From: a virus
Taxonomy: Duplodnaviria; Caudoviricetes
DNA length: 28,844 nt
Reading direction: 5' to 3' (one strand)
IMG/VR virus record: IMGVR_UViG_3300025048_000008
Location: 1 to 28,844 of that record
This document shows, one piece after another, positions 1-6,707 of this stretch; positions within the stretch are counted from its first letter, which is position 1, and every line of letters starts with the position of its first letter. Below the pieces are notes generated by a model that worked only from the letters and a program-made list of their open reading frames with translations, had not been told where the DNA came from and made no database searches. Position numbers and translations under genes: made by a program.

Positions 1-2
1 CT

Positions 3-707
3 TTTGCAAACATGGAATCAATTCATCAACATGCTTACAGTCTACTATTAGATACAGTAGGTATGCCGGAGATAGAGTACAAAGCCTTTGCAGAGTATGA
101 AGAGATGTCTAACAAGCATGAGTATGTACACAACATCAAGACAACTAAGTCTGATAGACAGAGCATTGCAAAAACTTTAGCAGTCTACTCAGCCTTTACA
201 GAAGGACTACAACTCTTTAGCAGCTTTGCAATCTTGTTAAACTTCCCACGATTCGGACGTATGAAAGGTATGGGACAGATTGTTACTTACTCTATCCGTG
301 ATGAGTCAATGCACGTTGAAGCTATGACTAAATTGTTTAGAGAATTTATCCAAGAGAACTTAGATATATGGACAGATGATTTTAAGGCAGAAATCTACGA
401 GATATGTAGACAGATGGTAGACCTTGAGGACAAGTTCTTAGACCTAGTGTTTGACATGGGAGACCTTGAAGGACTTACTAAAAAAGATATGTATGCTTAC
501 AACAGATACATTGCTGATAGAAGATTACTACAGCTTGGATTAAAAACTAACTACGACCAACGAGAGAATCCTCTAGGGTGGTTAGATGAAGTCATGGGTG
601 TTGAACATCAGAACTTCTTTGAAGGTCGTGCAACCTCTTACATGAAAGCAGGACTACGTGGTAGACAAGATAAAATTACATTTGCAAAGGTGGGTGATGA
701 GAACTAA
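3..707 (+). CDS. nrdB: Ribonucleotide reductase class I beta subunit, 5'-truncated by window edge
   Basis: The frame is open from base 3 (TTT GCA AAC ATG = FANM). It has two ExxH di-metal motifs (ESIH..AY, DESMH), EGLQLFSSF, YIADRRL and a C-terminal NFFEGRATSY tail typical of R2 subunits. Confidence 0.95.
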   Translation, partial: FANMESIHQHAYSLLLDTVGMPEIEYKAFAEYEEMSNKHEYVHNIKTTKSDRQSIAKTLAVYSAFTEGLQLFSSFAILLNFPRFGRMKGMGQIVTYSIRDESMHVEAMTKLFREFIQENLDIWTDDFKAEIYEICRQMVDLEDKFLDLVFDMGDLEGLTKKDMYAYNRYIADRRLLQLGLKTNYDQRENPLGWLDEVMGVEHQNFFEGRATSYMKAGLRGRQDKITFAKVGDEN

Positions 708-927
708 ACGCACCGAAGCAAAGCTTATAGGTTACAGTTTGTTTTTTGATTTGACAGGTAAGCTTGTTACCGAAAGAACCAGCACAGATATAAAAGAACT
801 TAAAAAGTTTTTTACAACAGAAGAGTATAGTACTCTAGCTACTATAATGCGTGAGACTACAGCTAAGTTAGATAAGATTCACAACGAACTTGAAGCTCAT
901 CTTAACGCTAGAGTATTAAAAGATTAA
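697..927 (+). CDS. Hypothetical protein (76 aa; likely start ATG 697 rather than 658)
   Basis: The in-frame ATG at 697 follows AAGGTGGG and overlaps the nrdB end. The stop shares TTAA (924-927) with the convergent gene. Confidence 0.7.
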   Translation: MRTKRTEAKLIGYSLFFDLTGKLVTERTSTDIKELKKFFTTEEYSTLATIMRETTAKLDKIHNELEAHLNARVLKD

Positions 928-1280
928 CCGGCTAAAGGATTATTATTTTCTTCTTTAAATATTTTTATATCAGTCTTAACGCTTTCTATATCAGCTTTCA
1001 TACCTGACATATCAGACCTGATAGACTCGAGGTTATTTATTTTAAGTAAGATAGTTTCATCAATAGTTTTATTAATATATTCTACTGATGTTTCTAACGC
1101 TTCAATTCTATTGATAACCTCATCTACTCCTTGCTCAGTTTCTTTAGCTTGTCTAGCTTTAGTTTCTAAGTTCTCAATCCTATTTACATAGGTTGCCCCA
1201 GTGTAACCAAACCCAGCCAGTGTACCAATGATACCTGCTAACGCAATAAACTGTGTTGTTCTATTTTGTAACCAATCCAT
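924..1280 (-). CDS. Membrane-anchored coiled-coil protein (118 aa)
   Basis: N-terminal hydrophobic helix FIALAGIIGTLAGFGYTGATYV, then heptad-like helices (IENLETK..IEALETSVEYINKTI..IESVKTDIKIFK) and a C-terminal NPLAG. GGAG RBS upstream. Confidence 0.8.
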   Translation of the reverse strand: MDWLQNRTTQFIALAGIIGTLAGFGYTGATYVNRIENLETKARQAKETEQGVDEVINRIEALETSVEYINKTIDETILLKINNLESIRSDMSGMKADIESVKTDIKIFKEENNNPLAG

Positions 1281-1695
1281 AATATTCTCCGTTTTGTTTT
1301 TGTTGCCAATCCTTGATGGCTTGTTTTATACTGTCCTCTGCTAACACACTACAATGTAACTTGATAGGTGGTAACTCTAATGCTTCGGCTATGTCTTTAT
1401 CTTTTATCTGACAAGCTTCTTCTATAGTCTTTCCTTTTAGCATATCAACAAACATAGTGCTGGATGCTATTGCTGACCCACATCCATATGTTTTAAACTT
1501 GACATCACTAATGATATGTTGATTGCCTTGTAGGGTACATTTAATTTGCAGCTTCATTACATCACCACAAGCCGGTGCACCTACCATTCCAGTACCCACA
1601 TCTAAATCCTTTGGATCAAATCTACCTACTGAATATTTCTCAGGGTTTTTTAATACCCCTTCAAATCTATCTACAACTTTACTTGAGTACGCCAT
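1261..1695 (-). CDS. iscU: Fe-S cluster assembly scaffold IscU
   Basis: MAYSSKVVD start, GTGMVGAPACGDVMKLQI, FKTYGCGSAIASS and LELPPIKLHCSVLAED. All three ligand Cys and the LPPxK HscA-binding motif are present. Confidence 0.95.
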   Translation of the reverse strand: MAYSSKVVDRFEGVLKNPEKYSVGRFDPKDLDVGTGMVGAPACGDVMKLQIKCTLQGNQHIISDVKFKTYGCGSAIASSTMFVDMLKGKTIEEACQIKDKDIAEALELPPIKLHCSVLAEDSIKQAIKDWQQKQNGEYYGLVTK

Positions 1696-1894
1696 CTAAT
1701 CCTAATGATATTGTGTAAAAAGATAGAATCATAAAAAGAAACACACCTACCTGCACACCTGACATGATAGCTACAATCTTTAATTGTCTATCTGCCCACC
1801 AGTTTAAGTCAGTTTCTTGCCAGTGTAAAGCTTCTTCGGGTGATGCATCTCTTGGTTTATTTAATAACAAGCTTGGCTGTTGTGGTATTTTCAT
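1679..1894 (-). CDS. Small membrane protein (71 aa)
   Basis: One hydrophobic C-terminal segment (IVAIMSGVQVGVFLFMILSFYTISLGL). It abuts the upstream gene and overlaps the iscU start. Confidence 0.7.
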   Translation of the reverse strand: MKIPQQPSLLLNKPRDASPEEALHWQETDLNWWADRQLKIVAIMSGVQVGVFLFMILSFYTISLGLDGVLK

Positions 1895-1895
1895 A

Positions 1896-4052
1896 TTATA
1901 ATGGTGGTTGTAATGATCTCATTTCAATCAGGGTGTTTAAACTCTCTCCTGCCATTTGATAAAAGCCTTCGATGTTATCTGACAACATATTGTTGGCATA
2001 AATATCTTTAGGTTCATACCATGTTTCTTGATCTGGCATTGTAACTAATCTATAATTATTAAAGTTAGGAACAAACCCCATGTAAGCTATGATAGTATTT
2101 TCTGACCCGTACTCTCCTGTCTCTTCTTGTTTAGCTTCCACATCATCTTGAGCTGCTTGTAAGTTCTGTGCAATAACGTTGGCTACAGTTTGTTCTGTCT
2201 CTGTAGTTGATGCATCTGTTGAGACTGACACATCTATTTGACTTTGTAAAGTTTGAGTAGGCGTTACACTGACTACGACACTCGTTGTTTCAACTGTCTC
2301 AGCTTCAACGCTTACAGAGCTTGTAGAGTTACTAACACTAAAGCTTGTACTCATATCTAATACTTGGTTGTTCTGTGCAGTAGAAGATGCAAACTGTGCT
2401 GACATACTAGGTGAGTTACTTGTACTCATACCACCACTAGAACTAGACGATGATACGCTAGAAGCTCCTGTCGTGCCACCTGTGGCGTGTACAGAATTAC
2501 CTGATGTAGTTCCACTAACACTAGCTTGGGCTGTGTTTAGAGTAGAGGAGATAACGTTCAGTGCCATTTCTCTACTTATTGAACTCTTACCCTCTACTGA
2601 TACGACAAGTTCTTCTTCTTGTAATTCTTCTTGTCTTTCTTCTTCTACTTCAGCTATACGTTCTTCTTCCATCTCCTCACGCATCTCTGCTATCTCTTCA
2701 AAGACTTCTTCTACAGCTTCTTCTTCAAAGACCTCTTCAATAAATTCTTCTTCCGGCTCCTCTGCATACGCAAGTTCTTCTTCCATCCTTGTCTCTTCCT
2801 CAAACCATTCCTCCAGTTCTTCAATAGTTTCTAATTCTATAAACGTGTTTGGTTCTGCATAGTCTTCTACAAGAAATGTTTCTTGAAAGATGAACTCATC
2901 AATCAATAACTCTTCCATCGGCATAAAGATTTCTTCTTCTTGCATAGGTAAGTCTTGCATAATTTCAAAAGGTTCGTAGTATTCTTCACGAGAAAACATC
3001 TGTTCAAAGATTATCTCTTCTTCATATACATACTCAGGCTCTTCAAAAAAGTCATACTCAAGTTCAAAGGTATACTCTTCAAAGACTTCTGGCTCTTCAA
3101 AAGTGTCATACATGTCATACTCTTCTTGGTAACCGTAGTCAATCTCTTCTTCAAAGTAAGCCACTGAATCTTGTTGTCTATAGCCTTGACAGAAGGGTCC
3201 GTATTGTGGGTCTAGGTTACATTGAAGGTCGTCATAAGCTTCCCAATAGTAAGGACATGACTCAGAATATAACTGGTCTATATCACACTGTTGAGTTTGA
3301 TAAGCTGCTTCATACCCTGAACAATTTGAATTGTTTAGAGGATTACTACAGTCAAGACTATTACCACTACCTGTACCATATAACGAACCACCACTTTCTA
3401 ACAAAGTATTAGATGAGGTGTCGTTCCAATTAGTTTTTACACAGCTACTAGAGTTAGTAGAGCCTGTGTTACATTCATCGTGATATAAATATTGATAGAC
3501 TTCAGAGCTACCACTACCTACTTCACCAATTAAAACATCGTGATTAATTATATCTAATGCACCATATCTATATTCAAAGGTGTCGTTAGTCCATAGTATA
3601 ACCTCAAAACTGTTATCAGAATTACGGTAGTACTCACGCATATCATACCAACCAAAAACTGTCTTATCACTAAAACTTTTAGCTAACATTTTGGAATTGT
3701 TATCTCGTATTAAGTCAGTCCAAAAAGGTAGCATAGTGTAGGTATACTGATTAGCTAAAGGGTCTGGTGTGTAATCGCTACAGTAAGCACCGGAAGTTTT
3801 AAAGTGAAGGCAGCCGTTAGTAGCCATTCTAGCAGAGTTAAATGTCTGATTATAAAAATCAAAATTAAAACCTAGACCAAAAGCATTAGATACTTGGTCG
3901 TCTCCGGAGTTTAGATTGGTTGTACCTGATTGATTAGTAAGGTCTATTAAAGACTGGTTGCCTTCGTAGATATATTCTGCACATGTAGAATTAGATAAAC
4001 CTAGCAAACTTAATAAAGATAACCCAAGTAAAACTTTAAAGTACTCACCCAT
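1896..4052 (-). CDS. Large secreted protein: nidogen(NIDO)-like N-terminal domain, Cys-pair repeats, Glu-rich region, Ser/Thr-rich region (718 aa)
   Basis: Signal-peptide-like N-terminus and a GDD..S....LGFNFDFY..TF......TNG.L.F...LPFWTDL pattern resembling NIDO domains. Three C-x2-(N/D)-x6-C-x2-Y units precede a very acidic middle region. Confidence 0.75.
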   Translation of the reverse strand: MGEYFKVLLGLSLLSLLGLSNSTCAEYIYEGNQSLIDLTNQSGTTNLNSGDDQVSNAFGLGFNFDFYNQTFNSARMATNGCLHFKTSGAYCSDYTPDPLANQYTYTMLPFWTDLIRDNNSKMLAKSFSDKTVFGWYDMREYYRNSDNSFEVILWTNDTFEYRYGALDIINHDVLIGEVGSGSSEVYQYLYHDECNTGSTNSSSCVKTNWNDTSSNTLLESGGSLYGTGSGNSLDCSNPLNNSNCSGYEAAYQTQQCDIDQLYSESCPYYWEAYDDLQCNLDPQYGPFCQGYRQQDSVAYFEEEIDYGYQEEYDMYDTFEEPEVFEEYTFELEYDFFEEPEYVYEEEIIFEQMFSREEYYEPFEIMQDLPMQEEEIFMPMEELLIDEFIFQETFLVEDYAEPNTFIELETIEELEEWFEEETRMEEELAYAEEPEEEFIEEVFEEEAVEEVFEEIAEMREEMEEERIAEVEEERQEELQEEELVVSVEGKSSISREMALNVISSTLNTAQASVSGTTSGNSVHATGGTTGASSVSSSSSSGGMSTSNSPSMSAQFASSTAQNNQVLDMSTSFSVSNSTSSVSVEAETVETTSVVVSVTPTQTLQSQIDVSVSTDASTTETEQTVANVIAQNLQAAQDDVEAKQEETGEYGSENTIIAYMGFVPNFNNYRLVTMPDQETWYEPKDIYANNMLSDNIEGFYQMAGESLNTLIEMRSLQPPL

Positions 4053-4057
4053 GAGTC

Positions 4058-5170
4058 TTATTGAGTTCTATAAAATTCTTTCTTACACTGTCTCTTTGTT
4101 TTTGTTTTGGTTGTGTATAAAACTTTAACGGCACCTACTACATCTTTGTTTATCTTGTCCCTGTTAGGATTTCTGTCGTGTGTACATTGCTGTATAAAAA
4201 GTTTTTCTTGGTCTTTTACATCTGGTCTTCTTGAAGCGTTATCTGCCCAAGCCATTGATGCTTCTTTACCAATTTTACCTTGGTAAGGGCAAGGAGTACC
4301 AGCCATTTCCATAGCTTTAAATACTCTCGGGTCTTGACAAAGTATAGACACTGAAGCAACTTTCATACCAGTATCGTACAGATACTTGGAAAGTTTTAAG
4401 CGTTCACAGTTCTCGTCAGTTACAGTAGCTCCTGTAGAGAACCCAAATACTTGCCCTTGAAAGGCACCAGAACGTCCTACCGTACAGAGGTCTTGAGAGT
4501 AAGACATAATACTAGGAGCTATAGCAGAAGCAGGAGGTGCTTTGCTACGTACATTCTGATTGATTGTTTGTGTAGAGTTAGACTCGTTAATATTCCTGTT
4601 AGTGTTATTGGACTTAGTATTGTTGTTATTAGTATTCGTGTTGTCCGTAGTCACATTAGAGTCTGAGGTAGATTGATTAACGTTAGTATTATTATTAGTA
4701 TTTGTATTGTTACTAGTAGAATTACTTGTGTTGTTTACATTCTGATTTACTGTAGAGTTTACAGTAGAATTAGATGTCGAAGTAGATGTGTTGACGTTGT
4801 TATTATTATTGGTATTACTGTTTGTAGATGTGGAAGTATTAACGTTGTTATTTGTATTAGTTGATGTATTAACATTGTTATTATTGTTAGTTGATGTATT
4901 GGTATTGGTATTTGTATTTACATTAGTATTATTATTAGTATTACTATTTGTATTAGTGTTTGTGTTGGTATTGTTATTAGTATTATTATTGGTGTTAGTA
5001 TTAGTAGTCACCGTAGTATTAATAGTAGTCAATCCGTTGTCTTCACAATACTGTGTACCTGAAGTACAGTTTCCTGTTTGGTCAGCACTTGCAGCAAACG
5101 ACATTGTTAATAAACTTAATATAATTAATGGTCCGAAAAAATCTTGATTTAACTTACGTCTTGTAAACAT
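4058..5170 (-). CDS. Secreted Asn/Thr-rich protein with Cys-containing C-terminal domain (370 aa)
   Basis: Signal peptide ending ASA|D, about 155 aa of N/T/S/V low-complexity tract, then PPASAIAPS..DLC..DENCERLKLS..GMKVASVSILCQDPRVF.AM..AGTPCP..GKIG. 8 Cys in total. Confidence 0.85.
   Translation of the reverse strand: MFTRRKLNQDFFGPLIILSLLTMSFAASADQTGNCTSGTQYCEDNGLTTINTTVTTNTNTNNNTNNNTNTNTNTNSNTNNNTNVNTNTNTNTSTNNNNNVNTSTNTNNNVNTSTSTNSNTNNNNNVNTSTSTSNSTVNSTVNQNVNNTSNSTSNNTNTNNNTNVNQSTSDSNVTTDNTNTNNNNTKSNNTNRNINESNSTQTINQNVRSKAPPASAIAPSIMSYSQDLCTVGRSGAFQGQVFGFSTGATVTDENCERLKLSKYLYDTGMKVASVSILCQDPRVFKAMEMAGTPCPYQGKIGKEASMAWADNASRRPDVKDQEKLFIQQCTHDRNPNRDKINKDVVGAVKVLYTTKTKTKRQCKKEFYRTQ
4560..5030 (-). 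repeat. Low-complexity Asn/Thr codon repeat tract (NTNTNT/NNNVNTST) inside the 370-aa gene
   Basis: Degenerate (tta/gta/ttg/tgt) trinucleotide-like repeats on + strand. Boundaries are approximate. Confidence 0.85.
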
Positions 5171-5568
5171 TACTGTCCTCCTTTTGAAAAGTCTCCTTTA
5201 GACTTAGATGAATTTGTATAGAGACCAAACCAAGCTGCTCCTGCCCCTACTACTACTGATATTAACCCTGACTGTTGCATGGTTGGGTCTGCTAAATCCA
5301 TGAACCAAAATGTAGTATAGTATAATAAATACATATACACACTTAAAAAGGCACGAGGTATAATTCTCCAACTATCAATAGCCTGTGCTATAAATATTAA
5401 TTTTTGATAAGGGTTATCGTTTTTAATATCCTCTAACTCTCGTATCCTTTCTTTTAATTCGGACTTTTCTTGAAGCAAAGCCATGAATTTTTGTAGGTCA
5501 ATCTCGACCTCGTTTCTATCCATGTCTCCACTAAAACCACCGTGGGGTGGGTATGCTCCATTACTCAT
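5170..5568 (-). CDS. Two-TM membrane protein with N-terminal coiled coil, holin-like/lysis accessory
   Basis: Coiled coil LQEKSELKERIRELED, then hydrophobic segments AFLSVYMYLLYYTTFWFM and LISVVVGAGAAWFGLY. Located in the lysis cluster. Confidence 0.6.
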   Translation of the reverse strand: MSNGAYPPHGGFSGDMDRNEVEIDLQKFMALLQEKSELKERIRELEDIKNDNPYQKLIFIAQAIDSWRIIPRAFLSVYMYLLYYTTFWFMDLADPTMQQSGLISVVVGAGAAWFGLYTNSSKSKGDFSKGGQ

Positions 5569-5577
5569 TTTCCTATC

Positions 5578-6009
5578 CTATTTTTTAACTAAACTGCCAC
5601 CGAAATACATACCAATAATAGCTGAAACTAAATTGGTATCTAGCTGTGTTATTACCAAGCCTTGAAAAGTTACCCATTCAAATACTTCTCTACCGTCTGT
5701 AAAGAACAGAAATCCCGGATGAAACAATGTATACCCTACGGTTACATCTACATCAGGATAATATACTGCTACCAGTTTAGGTAGTATAACGATTGCAAAG
5801 ATAGATGATAGTGCAATGATACGTCTTGTCCATTGAAAGCCTACGTTGTCTACGTTTCTTGCAGCATCTACAGCTTTGAGTTGAAACTCACCACGAGTAA
5901 TCAACATTTTTTGTTCGTCTTGTTTAGCTTTTAATCTTTGAGACCATAGGCTTAATAAACTACTAATTAAAGTAGACCCAAGCATTGTTATAATTTCAAA
6001 TGGAAACAT
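5578..6009 (-). CDS. Putative holin (2-3 TM)
   Basis: Hydrophobic N-terminus, WTRRIIAL + TM segment, and C-terminal LVSAIIGMYFGGSLVKK typical of 3TM phage holin-like proteins. Two genes from the endolysin. Confidence 0.65.
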   Translation of the reverse strand: MFPFEIITMLGSTLISSLLSLWSQRLKAKQDEQKMLITRGEFQLKAVDAARNVDNVGFQWTRRIIALSSIFAIVILPKLVAVYYPDVDVTVGYTLFHPGFLFFTDGREVFEWVTFQGLVITQLDTNLVSAIIGMYFGGSLVKK

Positions 6010-6245
6010 TATGTATCTAAAGTTATGGTTGATTCAAGCAAATCATTTACTGAGTTTATTAAATACTCAGGTATGTCTGCTCCTAATATATCATCTTCAC
6101 TGTACGCTATCATATAAGCTTCAAGCAACTCCTCATACAAAGGTCTAAAATCTTCACGTTGAACCCAAGGTTCATTAGAAAGCGTACGAGCTTTACAGTC
6201 TATACGATATGCAACATCTAATTGTTTTTCTGTGTATAATAACAT
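6009..6245 (-). CDS. Hypothetical acidic protein (78 aa)
   Basis: ORF coupled to both neighbours (directly abuts the endolysin stop; TAATG overlap with the holin). Confidence 0.7.
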   Translation of the reverse strand: MLLYTEKQLDVAYRIDCKARTLSNEPWVQREDFRPLYEELLEAYMIAYSEDDILGADIPEYLINSVNDLLESTITLDT

Positions 6246-6707
6246 TTAAATACCACTATTTTGACTAAGTACTAGCTGTTGTAATTCCCAGCTTCTTCTG
6301 CCTACTTGACCAAACCACCTGCTATCTTGCATTTGTGCAGCCATTTCTTGCCAATCATGTTGTCGACAAGCCTGTAGCATGTTACGAAACTTTAAAAGTC
6401 TTGTACCACCTAGATTAAAACACATGTTGACTAACACACGCTGGATATCTTCTGGAAGATTATTAAAATCTGTTTTGTTTCCAAACACATGTACTGCTTC
6501 AGCATAGTGCCGATCAAAGTCTATCATGTAATACCTGTCTACAATCTTTTGAGATACGGGTGTACCAATATCCCAGTTGTATTCAGGGTCTTGTGGCTGA
6601 CATAGATGACCAACTCCTAGAGTCTTATAACCTAAACTGTCGTTATAGATTTCTAGGACTTCGCCCTCGTGTCGTTTAATTTCTGCTTTGCATAAGTCTA
6701 TGTTCAT
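6246..6707 (-). CDS. Endolysin, T4-type lysozyme (GH24)
   Basis: HEGEVLEIYNDSLGYKTLGVGHL gives the E-x8-D-x5-T catalytic triad. LVNMCFNLG..RL..F..ML and DSRW..QV..R match T4 lysozyme motifs. No signal or SAR segment. Confidence 0.93.
   Translation of the reverse strand: MNIDLCKAEIKRHEGEVLEIYNDSLGYKTLGVGHLCQPQDPEYNWDIGTPVSQKIVDRYYMIDFDRHYAEAVHVFGNKTDFNNLPEDIQRVLVNMCFNLGGTRLLKFRNMLQACRQHDWQEMAAQMQDSRWFGQVGRRSWELQQLVLSQNSGI

Noticed and set aside
658-696. Supplied upstream starts for ORFs 658-927 and 13029-13697
   Set aside because: Better RBS-associated in-frame ATGs exist at 697 and 13670, giving short overlaps typical of this genome.
3975-4052. Lipoprotein (spanin-like) signal in the 718-aa protein at Cys24
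   Set aside because: The context N-S-T-C does not fit the lipobox [LVI][ASTVI][GAS]C. T-C-A|E fits a signal peptidase I site better.
2368-5147. + strand ORFs such as 2368-2862 (Ser-rich), 2631-2834 (Phe-rich) and 4788-5147 (Leu/Val-rich, looks like a membrane protein)
   Set aside because: Mirror translations of the Glu-rich and Asn/Thr-rich low-complexity tracts on the - strand.
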